A stretch of DNA of 64,000 nucleotides from contig OZ250165.1 in NCBI GenBank assembly GCA_965238005.1, forward strand, positions 1,056,001 to 1,120,000, in the 5' to 3' direction. The first letter of the stretch is position 1. Each line of letters begins with the position of its first letter. The notes beneath the pieces are model-generated. The model was not told where the DNA came from. It searched no databases and worked only from the letters and a program-made list of their open reading frames with translations. The translations under genes and the position numbers were made by a program. This DNA comes from Longimicrobiales bacterium (GTDB lineage Bacteria; Gemmatimonadota; Gemmatimonadetes; Longimicrobiales; Gaopeijiaceae). Of the stretch, positions 29,710-40,879 are shown piece after piece.

Positions 29710-31161
29710 ATGGGCTCCACCGTCTCGAAGCGGCTCCAAAGGTGCCTCGTAGTTCTGCTCGTCCAGTACGGCTGTTCGGGAGCGGATTGCGTGAGTGGCC
29801 CATTGTGTGGGGACACATCGCCCCCAACTACGTCTGTGACGGGCTCCATCTCCGGCCGAGTCCTGATCGAAGGATCGGGCGCGTCGGGCGTGGGAGTCGC
29901 TCTGTGGAACGGTTCCTCTACCACCACCACCACCGGCGGCTCCTACTCCTTCCTGAGTATCCCGGGTGGATCGTACACGGTAAGCATCAGCAGCATTCCT
30001 TCCGATGCCACGTGCCCGACCACGTCGCAGTCGGCAACGGTATCGGCCACCAACCCGCAGGTAACGGTCGACTTCGACTGCGAGTTCGTCCGTACGGCCT
30101 CGATCCTCGGTGCTGTGATTGTGGGTGACGCGGGTCTCGCCGGCGTCACTGTAGCGCTGGGCGGCACCGCTTCCGCTTCCACGAGCACGGACAGCGACGG
30201 TCAGTTCGCGTTCAGCGATCTGCGCGCTGGTTCATACATTCTGTCGCTGGGCGGAATCGACGTGAGCCGTTACATCTTCTCCACAACAGCCCGCTCGGTC
30301 ACCATCGGTGTGGGCGAGACCGTGTTCATCGACTTTTCCGGGATGTTTCTCAGCCTTAACACGGTGAGCGCGGGCGGGTCTCACAGTTGTGCTCTCATCA
30401 GTGGGTCGGCCTTCTGCTGGGGCCGCGGAGTGGAGGGTCAGCTAGGAGCCGGTGCATTCGGAATCCTTGCCCTGACGCCGGTCGCAAGTGCGTCCGGACT
30501 CGTCTTCGAGGGCCTCGATGCCGGGTCCAATCATACGTGTGGCGTCACCGCCGTCGGGGACGCCTACTGCTGGGGGGACGGCGGCAACGGCCGGCTGGGT
30601 GACGGATCCTCGTCCGACAGCAGCCTTCCGGTGCTCGTCTCCGGCGGCCTCGCCTTCTTCTCCGTGAGCGCAGGCCAGTTCCACACGTGCGGCGTCACCG
30701 ACGGTCTCGGCGCCTACTGCTGGGGGAGCAACAACAACGGCAAGCTGGGCGACGGGTCCGGGTCCCTCAGCAGCGTCCCGGTGCTCGTCTCCGGCGGCCT
30801 CACGTTCGCCTCCGTGAGCGCGGGGTCGCAGCACACCTGTGGCGTCACCACCGATGGGGCCGCCTACTGCTGGGGGAGCAACAGCAACGGCAAGCTGGGC
30901 GACGGGTCCGGGTCCCTCAGCAGCGTCCCGGTGCTCGTCTCCGGCGGCCTCACGTTCGCCTCCGTGAGCGCGGGGTCGCAGCACACCTGTGGCGTCACCA
31001 CCGCCGGGGACGTCTACTGCTGGGGGAATAACGGCAACGGCCAGTTGGGCTCAACCGGGCTAACGCGTGGAAGTGCGGACCCCGCAGATTCCCAATCGGA
31101 AAATCCGGAAAGGGTGGGAGACCCGTCATGGCCTTTCCCAGAGCGGGGTCCCTTCGCTTGA
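29710..31161 (+). pseudogene. Secreted/lipoprotein with prealbumin-like beta-sandwich domains and RCC1 repeats, C-terminally truncated
   Basis: TDSDGQFAFSDLRAGSY; repeated SAG..HTCG...AYCWG.N..G.LG; the repeats stop abruptly near 31050. Confidence 0.8.
30711..31003 (+). repeat. Near-identical 150-bp tandem RCC1 repeat
   Basis: Copies begin at 30711 and 30861. Confidence 0.9.
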
Positions 31162-31192
31162 GCTCCCGCATCTGCGCGGTGGTCGGCTTCAT
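31055..31192 (-). pseudogene. N-terminal fragment of an AlkA/3-methyladenine glycosylase-like gene
   Basis: MKPT..LKRRDPALGKAM..PPFPDFP..HFHALAR, then runs into antisense RCC1 sequence. Confidence 0.55.
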
Positions 31193-31267
31193 CGCGGGAA
31201 GATGAGCCCTTTCCTTCTCGTGAGCCAGGCGGTACTCTTACCGAAGAAAACCCGAACATAGTGTGCT

Positions 31268-32326
31268 ATGAGACAACTTCCAACCCTCCGGGGGAGGGGC
31301 GTCACGCCCAACCCGCCCAACCGCTTCGAGCGCCTTTCGGTGGAGCGAGACGAGTGGAGTCTGGCCGAAGATCCCGCTCCCAGCACCGAGTTCCTGGTGG
31401 ATTCGTCTCGAAGCATCGTGTCCAGGAATTCGAGCCCGGACGTGGGATTCGACGTGAGCGTGAATCCTTACCGGGGCTGTGAGCACGGGTGCGTCTACTG
31501 CTACGCCCGGCCCACCCACGAGTACCTCGGCCTATCGGCCGGTCTGGACTTCGAGTCCAAGATCTTCGTCAAGCCAGACGCCGCGAAGCTCCTGCGCAGG
31601 GAGCTTGCCTCGCCCAGGTGGAAGCCGCAACCCCTCGCTCTTTCAGGAGTTACGGATCCCTACCAGCCGGTCGAGCGGCGCTTGGGGACCACTCGGGAAT
31701 GCCTCGAGGTTCTCACCGAATTCAGGAACCCGGTATTGATCGTCACGAAGGGCTTTCTCGTGACGAGGGACATCGACCTGCTCGCCCAACTCGCCCATCA
31801 CGACGCGGTCTGCGTCGCCGTGTCCGTGACGACGCTGGACCCGAGCCTCCATGGGCTGATGGAGCCCCGGGCCTCGACCCCGGCACGGCGCCTGGAGGCC
31901 ATCCAACGCCTGGCGGATGCGGGCATACCGGTGGCGGTCTTCCTAGCCCCCATCATTCCGGGGCTCAACGATCACGAGATTCCGTCCATCCTGGAGGCAG
32001 CCGCAACCAGGGGAGCCAGCGCCGCCAGCTGCGTACCGATTCGGCTCCCGTTAGGCGTGAAGGACCTATTCGTGGACTGGCTGGACCGGCACTTCCCGGA
32101 CCGGAAGGAGAAGGTCCTGAACCGCATCCGGGCCATGCGGGGTGGGCGCCTCAACGATCCGCGTCTGATGTCGCGGATGCGGGGGCAGGGGCCGATGGCC
32201 GAGCAGGTGATCGAGCTGTTCAGGGTGGCGCGTCGGCGTGTGGGCCTCGCCGGGCGGCCCCCGGCTCTGTCCACTGAAGCCTTCCGGCGCCTGGGAGCCG
32301 TCGAGCAGCTGGGCTTAGGGGTTTGA
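31268..32326 (+). CDS. PA0069/Rv2578c-family radical SAM protein (spore photoproduct lyase-related)
   Basis: NPYRGCEHGCVYCYARPTHEYLG, TDPYQPVE, MEPRAS. Confidence 0.92.
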   Translation: MRQLPTLRGRGVTPNPPNRFERLSVERDEWSLAEDPAPSTEFLVDSSRSIVSRNSSPDVGFDVSVNPYRGCEHGCVYCYARPTHEYLGLSAGLDFESKIFVKPDAAKLLRRELASPRWKPQPLALSGVTDPYQPVERRLGTTRECLEVLTEFRNPVLIVTKGFLVTRDIDLLAQLAHHDAVCVAVSVTTLDPSLHGLMEPRASTPARRLEAIQRLADAGIPVAVFLAPIIPGLNDHEIPSILEAAATRGASAASCVPIRLPLGVKDLFVDWLDRHFPDRKEKVLNRIRAMRGGRLNDPRLMSRMRGQGPMAEQVIELFRVARRRVGLAGRPPALSTEAFRRLGAVEQLGLGV

Positions 32327-33040
32327 GGCGCCGTCATCCCCGATGCCGCTGTCGGGACCGCGGCCGGGTGCCGCTTCCCCGCCTCCCTTGAGAGGCTCTT
32401 CCAACCGGCCATGGGCCATGATCCGGAGAACCCACACGCCCGCCGACAGGCTTGCCCCCATGATCAGAATCCCGGTGGCACGGAAGGGCCCTCCCACCAT
32501 GTTGTCTTGTTGGAGTAGGCCCAGTGTGCCGAGTAGATAATTCCAATCGTGTCCGGGTGCGCCCGGGAAAGGAGAGACCAGCGGCAGGAGCTGCGCCCTG
32601 GCGTCGGCCGCGTACGGGGCGATGTGAGTGAAGTTGGTACCGAGCCAGAAGAGGGCGACGGTGATCGCGAAGAAGTCCTTCTGGCGATAGAACATGAAGC
32701 CTGCGAAGACCGGGCAGAGGCATTGGAGCATGGTGCCCCCGGCCACCGTCAGGAAGTCGCTTCTGGACCACATGAAGAGCAGGTGACCGGCTTCGTGGAT
32801 GGCGAGGTTCAGCCCCCCGAAGATGCTCGAGTAGTCCTCGGCTCCCAGGTGCCGGTAGAGGATCCAAGCAAGGGGCAGGAGCAGGGGAGCCCGATACCAC
32901 CAGACTTTGCCCTGGGCTGCTGCGGCCGTCGCTTCACGGACCCGGTCGAGGAGCTGACTCCGGTTGAGGACTCCGGATGGTCCATCGCCCTCCGTTCGTG
33001 ACTCAGTGTAGCGGATCCGGAAGCTCGGTCCTTTCGCCAT
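32315..33040 (-). CDS. Membrane protein with HExxH motif (M50-like)
   Basis: Several TM segments; IHEAGH; HDWNYLL. Confidence 0.7.
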   Translation of the reverse strand: MAKGPSFRIRYTESRTEGDGPSGVLNRSQLLDRVREATAAAAQGKVWWYRAPLLLPLAWILYRHLGAEDYSSIFGGLNLAIHEAGHLLFMWSRSDFLTVAGGTMLQCLCPVFAGFMFYRQKDFFAITVALFWLGTNFTHIAPYAADARAQLLPLVSPFPGAPGHDWNYLLGTLGLLQQDNMVGGPFRATGILIMGASLSAGVWVLRIMAHGRLEEPLKGGGEAAPGRGPDSGIGDDGASNP

Positions 33041-33180
33041 GGACTTGAAGATCGGCTCTTTCGCTATGAACTCAACTAGAGTCCAGTTTGGCGATCAACG
33101 GCAGAGGGCGGTTCAGCCCTGCGAGCCGCGTTCACCTGGCTCATTGGGCGTTTCCCCTACGACAGGCCCCCTGGGGAGGG

Positions 33181-33942
33181 CTAGCTCGTCTCGACCAGGT
33201 GGACCACGTCGCCCTCTGCGAAGAGTGCTCCCGGGTCGGGAAGGTCGATGTCGGAGTACAGTCCGGGAGGAACGCCGATGTCCGCGAGATAGAGCTCACC
33301 GACGTGCGCCCGTGCCGGACCCGAAACCAGCCCCGTCTTCGGGAGGGCCAAGGTGAGGGTGGCCGTGGCCCGTACCGTTGACTCGTGCACGTCTCCGCTC
33401 GTGGCGTCCATTCCCGAGGGAACGTCCAGAGCGAGGATCGGGGCTCCCGCCGACCCCGACCAGCGGATGAGGGCCTCGGCCCCGCCATGAGGAGCGCCAC
33501 GAAGACTGTAGCCGATTACACCGTCGATGACGAGGTCGGGAGCGGTGCCGTCCGGGGTGGCCACTAGCTGTCCTGAAGAGACGACCTCGACACCGAGGCG
33601 GTGAAGGATGGCCAGCTGCTTGGCCGGTACTGGTGCGAAACGGTCCGGCTCGTGGGCCAGGACCGTACGGATCGTCGCTCCCCATCCGTGAAGCCGGCGT
33701 GCGGCGACCAAGGCACCACCCCCGTTGCCACCGGGCCCGGCGAGAACCACCACGGTTTTTTCTTGCGGATCGCCGTCCAGGAAACGATCGCGGGCCAGCG
33801 CCGCGAGAGCCCGCCCGGCGTTCTCCATCATCTGGATGAGATCGATCCCGTAGTCCTCAACCATGGCCCGATCCACGGCGGCCATCTCCTCGCTGGTGAC
33901 GGCCGGTACGAGCTGCATGGGAATCTCGGGGATTTTTCTCAT
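33181..33942 (-). CDS. nnrE: NAD(P)H-hydrate epimerase (stand-alone YjeF_N)
   Basis: MMENAGR, GPGGNGGG, IDGVIG, LDVPSG, TLTLALPK, LADIG; start codon uncertain. Confidence 0.85.
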   Translation of the reverse strand: MRKIPEIPMQLVPAVTSEEMAAVDRAMVEDYGIDLIQMMENAGRALAALARDRFLDGDPQEKTVVVLAGPGGNGGGALVAARRLHGWGATIRTVLAHEPDRFAPVPAKQLAILHRLGVEVVSSGQLVATPDGTAPDLVIDGVIGYSLRGAPHGGAEALIRWSGSAGAPILALDVPSGMDATSGDVHESTVRATATLTLALPKTGLVSGPARAHVGELYLADIGVPPGLYSDIDLPDPGALFAEGDVVHLVETS

Positions 33943-34082
33943 CCGTTCGGGCTCCCCGGCCTCCGGGTGAATGCGCCGTCCTCGTGGCGCCACGCCCCGA
34001 TACTAGTCATTTTGGACCACGATCTTCCACCCCGAGTGGGTCGTTGGTGGTCACATGGTTACGGCCGCCCACGGAAAGGCGT

Positions 34083-35000
34083 ATGCCCGAGCTTCCCGAA
34101 ATCGTCGCCTACATCGACGCCCTCGAGAGCCGCGTCGTCGACCAGGTGCTGGAGAAGGTCCGGATCCGCACGCCGTCACTCCTTCGCACCTACGAGCCGA
34201 GGATCTTCGAGCTGGAGGGGAAGCGGGTGACGGGACTCCGCAGGATAGGGAAGCGGGTGGTGCTCGAGCTGGAGGACGGTCTCTTCGCCGTGATCCACCT
34301 CATGATCTCCGGACGCTTCCAGTGGAAGGAGCGAGGTGCAGCCATTCCCAAGAAGCGGGCTCATGCCGCTCTGGACTTCTCCAGCGGGACGCTCCTCCTC
34401 ACGGAGGCCAGCTCGCACAAGCGTGCCTCGCTCCATGTGGTCCGAGGAGAAGAGGCCCTCGCCGGTCTCGACCCGGGTGGGGTCGAGCCGCTGGAGGTGG
34501 GGCTCGAGGGGTTCCGCGAGGCACTGCTGAAGGAGAACCGTACACTCAAGCGAGCCCTCACCGACCCGCGTATCCTCAGCGGGATCGGGAATGCCCACTC
34601 CGACGAGATCCTCCTCAAAGCAGGGCTCTCACCCGTCAAGCGCACGGGCCAGCTGGACAACGAGGAAATCGAGAGACTTTTCGAGGCGACCCGCCGTTCC
34701 CTCACCGAATGGGTGGCGCGCCTTCGTGAGGAGTTCGGGGAGGACTTCCCGAACAAGATCACGGCCTTCCACCCCGCGATGGGCGCCCACGGGAAGTTCG
34801 GCGAGCCGTGCCCCCGATGCGGGGCGCCCATCCAGCGGATCGTCTACGGCGAGCGTGAGACCAACTACTGCGCACCCTGCCAGACAGGAGGAAAGCTCCT
34901 CAAGGATCGAGCCTTGTCCCGACTCCTGCGCGAGGATTGGCCCAGAACCCTCGAGGAGCTCGAAGAGGGGCTCGAGGCTCGCCGCGTCGTCCCGCCTTGA
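34083..35000 (+). CDS. Fpg/Nei family DNA glycosylase
   Basis: MPELPE start, RIGK, HLMISG, SGIGNAHSDE (H2TH), CPRC..CAPC zinc finger. Confidence 0.92.
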   Translation: MPELPEIVAYIDALESRVVDQVLEKVRIRTPSLLRTYEPRIFELEGKRVTGLRRIGKRVVLELEDGLFAVIHLMISGRFQWKERGAAIPKKRAHAALDFSSGTLLLTEASSHKRASLHVVRGEEALAGLDPGGVEPLEVGLEGFREALLKENRTLKRALTDPRILSGIGNAHSDEILLKAGLSPVKRTGQLDNEEIERLFEATRRSLTEWVARLREEFGEDFPNKITAFHPAMGAHGKFGEPCPRCGAPIQRIVYGERETNYCAPCQTGGKLLKDRALSRLLREDWPRTLEELEEGLEARRVVPP

Positions 35001-35098
35001 TCCCACGGCGCCCCGACCCTCTTGATGGCTCGCGAACTTCGGCAACGGACCACTCTACCCCCGAGAAGGCAGTGGCCCCCGTGGCGGGCTTGCCGTCC

Positions 35099-35767
35099 CT
35101 ACTCCTCGTCGTTGTCCACTTCCACGTCCTCGACCTCCGCCTCCCGATGCCGGGCTCGGCGAGCCTTCCGTCCCTCCTTACGCCCCCGGCCCCGGCGTCG
35201 CTCCCGCGCTTGCCGCCGGGCCTCTTTCATGTCGCGCACAGCCTGCTCGAGGATCTCGTTCATCCTCGCCAGGTCCTCGGGCGCAGCGCCCCATTGGAAG
35301 GCCTGGTCGAAGGCGAATTGCGCCAGTTGCGAGAAGGACCTTGAAAGCTCCTTCATGTCACGGCCGAAAAAGCGATCCGTGAAGTGCTCCAGCCGCTCAA
35401 AGACTTCGTCGATGACGTCCTCGTTCTCGTCCAGATAGGTCCGCCCCTCTTCGGTGATGGAGTAGACCTTCTTTCCGTCCCCCTCTTCGGCCGTGACGTA
35501 TCCCTCGTCCTCCAACATCTGCAGGGTAGGGTACACCGATCCCGGGCTCGGTCGGTAGTAACCCCCCGATTCCTTCTCGAGCGCTTTCATGACCTCGTAC
35601 CCGTGCATGGGCTGCTCCGAGACGAGGCGAAGGATGACAAACTTCAGATCGCCGCGCTCGAAGATCTTCCACTTCGCGTGCCGGCGGCGGCGCCCGCGTG
35701 GCCCGAAGATGAAGGCGTCGAAGTCGAAACCGTAATCCGTTGCACAGAACATCTTCCCGATCCTCAT
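35099..35767 (-). CDS. PadR family transcriptional regulator
   Basis: RGDLKFVIL, HGYEVM, PSPGSVYPTLQMLED, KKVYSIT. Confidence 0.92.
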   Translation of the reverse strand: MRIGKMFCATDYGFDFDAFIFGPRGRRRRHAKWKIFERGDLKFVILRLVSEQPMHGYEVMKALEKESGGYYRPSPGSVYPTLQMLEDEGYVTAEEGDGKKVYSITEEGRTYLDENEDVIDEVFERLEHFTDRFFGRDMKELSRSFSQLAQFAFDQAFQWGAAPEDLARMNEILEQAVRDMKEARRQARERRRGRGRKEGRKARRARHREAEVEDVEVDNDEE

Positions 35768-35811
35768 CTTTAGAGTTAGTATATCGTAGGGATATCTCGC
35801 TTCATGGTATA

Positions 35812-35840
35812 ACGATACACTTGTCGATATATCGTGTCAA
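35812..35840 (-). promoter_or_regulatory. Sigma70-type promoter of the PadR gene with palindromic operator in the spacer
   Basis: Minus strand TTGACA-17 nt-TATCGT (TG immediately before the -10); CGATATATCG palindrome at 35825-35834. Confidence 0.7.
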
Positions 35841-35928
35841 TAGAGGTCGGAAAAATCAAACGCCGGAAAGCCTTGTTGGCCCTCCGGCGTCGATGCCCGA
35901 GCAAGCGGGAGAGCGACTCCCGCGGTGG

Positions 35929-37200
35929 TCAGGGAGTTCGACCACCTCTCGGCTTGGCTCTCCGGCCGGTGGCTTTCGACCCCGACGACGAGGAGCCGGA
36001 ACGTGACGGCGCCGCTGCAGCGCCACCTGAGGTGCCGCCCCTCGCGCGAACACTCCCCGAGCTCGAGGCGCCGCTGCCCAGGCCCCGGGTGTAGCCGCGA
36101 CCTCTGACCGCTCGCGGACGACCCCCTGACTCCTGCTGGCGCCGACCAACCACCACGATGGTCGGGCGATAGGTGCCGTACGTCCCATACCCGAATCCGA
36201 ACCCTCCGTAGCCGAGGCCGTACCCGAATCCGTAACGATAGGGCGAGTAGTAGCCGTACCCGGCATACGGGGAGTAAAACGGGCTGAGGAAGAAGGGATC
36301 GTAGTAGAACGGGTCATAGTAGCGCCCGTATCCGAAACGGGCCCGCCCCGCCCGCCCATAGCGTCCTGTCGTGGTGTACTCGGACTCGGCCAGATCGGCG
36401 CCGCCCTCCCCGTTACGGTCCACCACGAAGTGCTCCGGGTAGGAGACCGCCACCACGATGTCGATGACACTCTCCGGCACGCCGGCGTCGGCCAGGGCGA
36501 TCAACCGGCTGGCATCCAGCGCGAACTGGTCGCCGCGCACTACGATCCAGGCCTCGACGGCCTTCGCGTCCATGTGCGAAGAGGCGTCCACCACGTCCTC
36601 GATCGTGAGAGCGGACGAAGCGGCGATGCGGGCCGACTGTTGGGCCATGGTCCGGCCCGCCACGATGCCTTCGAGACCGGCCGCCTCGACGGCCTCGAGG
36701 GCAGCCAGCTGATATCGGAGCACCCAGGGGACGCTCTCTCCGGCCACGTCCACGGTCCTCACGTCCAGCCACTCGTACGGGGACACCATGGACATGAGAC
36801 CGGCGGAGGTCCGCTCCACACCGCCCTCGCACACGAACTCCGCACTGAGATAGACGCGATGGCCGTCGTCCGAGAACGACGTGCGCTCCCAGCCGTCACA
36901 CCCCTCGCGGCTCGTCCGGCGGCTCATGCCGTCGGCCCGGATCGTCTCCTGAGACGCGATCTCGCCGTCGGCCACCGTCAGCATCTCCACACCGTCGTCC
37001 CCGGCCACGGGGTGAAGACACAGCATGGGCGCGTCGGCATCGTCGGGCCCGGCCACGGGCTCCCAGCATCCGAGCCAGGGGAGCCAGCGGGCGTCGTAGT
37101 CCTGATCCTGGGCAAGTGTCGGTGCCGCGGTGGTCAGCAGCAGCGCGCTGGCCAGAAGTCCCCCGCCGATCACGCCCCAGATATCTCGATGTGTGCTCAT
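35929..37200 (-). CDS. Secreted hypothetical protein with Tyr/Gly-rich and Ser/Gly-rich C-terminus
   Basis: Signal peptide; WLPWLGCW; low-complexity tail; co-oriented with the barrel gene. Confidence 0.7.
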   Translation of the reverse strand: MSTHRDIWGVIGGGLLASALLLTTAAPTLAQDQDYDARWLPWLGCWEPVAGPDDADAPMLCLHPVAGDDGVEMLTVADGEIASQETIRADGMSRRTSREGCDGWERTSFSDDGHRVYLSAEFVCEGGVERTSAGLMSMVSPYEWLDVRTVDVAGESVPWVLRYQLAALEAVEAAGLEGIVAGRTMAQQSARIAASSALTIEDVVDASSHMDAKAVEAWIVVRGDQFALDASRLIALADAGVPESVIDIVVAVSYPEHFVVDRNGEGGADLAESEYTTTGRYGRAGRARFGYGRYYDPFYYDPFFLSPFYSPYAGYGYYSPYRYGFGYGLGYGGFGFGYGTYGTYRPTIVVVGRRQQESGGRPRAVRGRGYTRGLGSGASSSGSVRARGGTSGGAAAAPSRSGSSSSGSKATGRRAKPRGGRTP

Positions 37201-37218
37201 CGTCACTGTCCCTTTCGG

Positions 37219-37980
37219 TCAGCGGCGTACCGACAATCCCAGTGTAGCCTGGAAGCCACCGAGATCGATGCCGTCGAAGTCCACGAAGTCCCGTCCCATA
37301 TCCATGCTAGCCCACGAGTAACGCGCCTCACCGGTCAGCACCACCCTCGGGCTCAGTGAGAGGTCCACGCCGGAGAATACGTGCGCCGTGCCCGTCGTGC
37401 CCTCGGAGTCGAGGAAGGCGTTGAAGACGTCCAAGGTCTCGAAGTCCACGAAGTCGCCTTCCTGCTCGAAGCGGTACCAGACCGCGCCGCCGCCCAGGCC
37501 TACGTAAGGCGACCAGCGCTCCGGCACCCGCACGAACCGACTCACCGAGCGGCCTCGGTCCCGGAGGTAGTATTTTGCACTGAGCGTCATAGGGACGCGA
37601 AGGAAGGTCGTGGTCTGCTCGATGGGGAGGTCGTCGAGATCCACCCAGTCCCGGAACTCCGAACGCGTGCTGCTTCGGGTGAGGCCTACGCCGACCGCGA
37701 TGTCGAGACGCTCGGTCGCCCGGATAGCGAAATCCGCCCCCCACGCTGACGACGCGAAGTCGCTCGTGCCGAGGGTGAGGATGTCGCGGGCGAAGTCGAA
37801 GACCTCGCTGCCTGCTTGAGGACGCGCGTATCCGGCCCTTATGCCGACGGACATCGTGGGCCTACGAAAGAGGAAGCCGGGGCCGCCCGCCTGCGCCGAG
37901 GCTGCCATTGGAAGCGAGATCATGGCAGCGACCGCTGCGAGGAGAACTCTCCCCTGAACCCGATTGCGGTGAGCGTTCAC
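37219..37980 (-). CDS. Outer-membrane beta-barrel protein
   Basis: Signal peptide ASA-QA; PYVGLGGG; EARY; terminal amphipathic strand; start codon uncertain. Confidence 0.75.
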   Translation of the reverse strand: MNAHRNRVQGRVLLAAVAAMISLPMAASAQAGGPGFLFRRPTMSVGIRAGYARPQAGSEVFDFARDILTLGTSDFASSAWGADFAIRATERLDIAVGVGLTRSSTRSEFRDWVDLDDLPIEQTTTFLRVPMTLSAKYYLRDRGRSVSRFVRVPERWSPYVGLGGGAVWYRFEQEGDFVDFETLDVFNAFLDSEGTTGTAHVFSGVDLSLSPRVVLTGEARYSWASMDMGRDFVDFDGIDLGGFQATLGLSVRR

Positions 37981-38272
37981 GTTGCACCTCCAGGCGATGA
38001 CCCGACGATGGACGTTACCTCCGGGCCATCCCGCGGACCAGGGCAATGCGTTTTGAGCTTGGCTCGACTACAGCCTCTACGGGCAAGATGCATGCCGATG
38101 ACCGAATCCCTGGAAGACCGCGTGTTTGTTGACTCGACAGGTCGTTCGTGTGACCGATAAGCGGGACACCGGGTGTCACCCGCCGTGGACGGTGCAGGGC
38201 GGTCCCTCTGGTTCCGACCGCGGCGCGAGCCTATCCTACTGGCCACTCTTCTTTCTCGCTTCTTCTTGCAGG

Positions 38273-40689
38273 ATGGATCGCATGTCTTCCAGATGCCGTA
38301 CCTCGTCATTGCTCATCTGTCTGCTGCTTGCCGTCTTCACTTCACTCGTCGCTCAGGATCGATACGCCAGCTCGGTGGGCGTCGTAGACGGCGACGTGCT
38401 GGTCATGAAGGCCACGTTCGGTCTGGGCCCGGCCTCGGTGTACGTCTATCGGCCCGGTGCGGACGGCCTGTGGCAGTTGGCCGACCGGCTGAGTTCCGCC
38501 GACGGAGCGGCCACGGGTGAGGGCTTCAGCCCGTCCATGACACTCTCCGGCGAGCTTCTCCTGGTGGGGGCTGGCGATGCGGAAGGCCGGTGGGGTGCCC
38601 ATACCTTCCGACGGCGCCCTGGGGCCGACTGGGAGAGGGCGGAAAGTGTCGCCCTCATCGCGGGCGGCGAGGATGCAGATCATGCGGCCGCCCGCACGGA
38701 CGGTGGCCTCCGACGGGAGTCGTGCCTTGGTGTCTCTCGTCGGTGGACCGAGGCGCGCCGCCGGTGTGCGCGTCTTTGAGCGGGAGGACGGATCGGAGAG
38801 CTGGATCCAGCGCGCCCGCTTCGAGCGCACAGCGGTGGAGGGGAACGACCGGTTTGGTGCCGCTCTCGCTCTTGCCGGCGACGTCGCGCTCGTCGGCGCG
38901 CCCGAGCACGGTGAATCGGGCGTGGCCTACGCTTTCGTACGGGATGCGCGTTCCGGTCAGTGGCGGCAGGAGTCGATTCTGTCAGCTGATCGGTACAGCC
39001 CATTGGGCAGTCCTGTGACTGCGGCGAGCCGGTTCGGCACCAGCTTGGCGTTCGATGACGGGGTGGCGCTGGTAGGAATCCCTGGCACTGGCGAGACTAC
39101 CGGGAGCGTGCGTGCCTCTTTCACGCGAACCGGGGAGCGGCACTTGGACCGTGGAGCAAGGCTTGTCGTCGCCCGGTGGGTCCGCAGGCGACGGGTTCGG
39201 GACGAGCCTCGCGCTTTCTGGGAACGAGCTCCTGATCGGACCGCCGGGAGCTCGCGAGGGACGCGGGGCCGTGCATCTCTTCGTTCGGGATTCGCGAGGT
39301 GCCTCCTGGCGGTCCGCCGGCGAGCTGCCCGCGTCGGGGGCGGGGTCGGGGGCCGCCCTGGGAGCGACTGTCGCTCTGGGGGGTGACGTGGCCGTGGCCG
39401 GAGCGCCCGGCGCAGCCTTCGGGAGAGGACAGGCCGCCGTCTACTCGCGAGCGTCCGACGGCGGTTGGAGCCAGGCCGACTGGCTCAGCTTGATCTCGGA
39501 TCTGAACATGATCGCCGGTGAGGAGGTGCCTTGCACCGAAGGGCGGGCGGAGCAGTTCGAGTGCAGCGACGTGGATCTCCTGGCCTTCCTACCGCTCACT
39601 GAGCTGGGCCTTCGCCCCGGGCCCGGTGGTCCCCTGGGGGGTGTCTCAGACGTATGGGGCTGGACCGATCCGGATACCCGACGCGAGTACGCGCTGGTGG
39701 GGCGCCGTGGCGGTGCCGGCATTGTCGACATCACGAACCCTTCCTCCCCCACGTATCTCGGACTGGTGCTGGCCGAAGGGGGCTCGGCTCAGGACATCAA
39801 GGTGTACGCCGATCACGCCTTCTTCATCGGCAGCGGGAACACGGGAATGCCCGTGTTCGACCTCACCAGGGTTCGGGACGTGACTGATCCTCCGGTTACC
39901 TGGGAGGTCGATGGTCGTTACGAGGGGATCGCCGCTGCCCACAATCTCGTCATCGATACGGAGAGTGGCTTCGCGTACCCCGTGGGCGCTACGGGCGGAG
40001 GCGACACGTGTGGCGGCGGATTGCACATGATCGACATCCGCGAGCCCGTGAATCCGACCTTTGCGGGGTGCTACACGGATACCGAAGGACTCGTCTGGCA
40101 GGGCCGGACACACGACGCCCAGTGCGTCGAGTACAGCGGACCCGACGGGGACTTCCACGGACGCCAGATCTGCTTCGCCTCCAACGAGACGGCTCTTCGC
40201 ATCGTGGACGTCACCGAGAAAGACGCCCCCGTGCCTCTCGCCGCGGCGACCTACCCAGGGATGGCCTACATCCACCAGGGATGGCTGACCGACGACCAGC
40301 ACTACTACTACATGAACGACGAGCTCGATGAGCTCACCGGATTCGCGCCCACCACCCGGACCTTGGTGTGGGATGTGGCGGAGCTGGACGACCCCGTGCT
40401 AGTGAGTGAGTACTTCGGTCCGACCAAGGCGACCGATCACAACCTGTACATCAAGGGCGACCGCATGTACCAGGCCAACTATCAAGCCGGGTTCCGAATC
40501 GTGGACATCAGTGATCGGGAGAACCCCGAGGAGATCGGCTTCTTCGACACGACTCCGTACGAGGGCAATCCGCCGACCATGGGTGGGGCGTTCAGCGCGT
40601 ACCCGTACTTCGAGAGCGGAACGGTCATCGTGACCAGCTCCCGGGAAGGGTTGTTCATTCTTCGACCGGCCAGGAGACCATTCTTCTAG
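38273..40689 (+). pseudogene. Choice-of-anchor B family protein with FG-GAP-like repeats; two frame breaks (near 38670 and 39115)
   Basis: FGAALAL..ALVGAP repeats; DVWGWTDP..REYAL, DIKVY, AHNLVI, THDAQC, YIHQGW, DELDE, DHNLY. Confidence 0.85.
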
Positions 40690-40879
40690 GAGCTCGACCG
40701 GGGATAGGGAGCGCACTCCGTGTGAGGTGATGGTGGGTCGGGAACCGACGCACCACCGTTCAGCCTGGGGTCTTGGGATCACGACGTCACGATCTTATCT
40801 TTGAAGATTCATCTGACGGCGAGTGTCCGGGGTGGTCTCGCGACGGTCGTCGGTGCGTACATCCGAGTAGGGGACGGAA

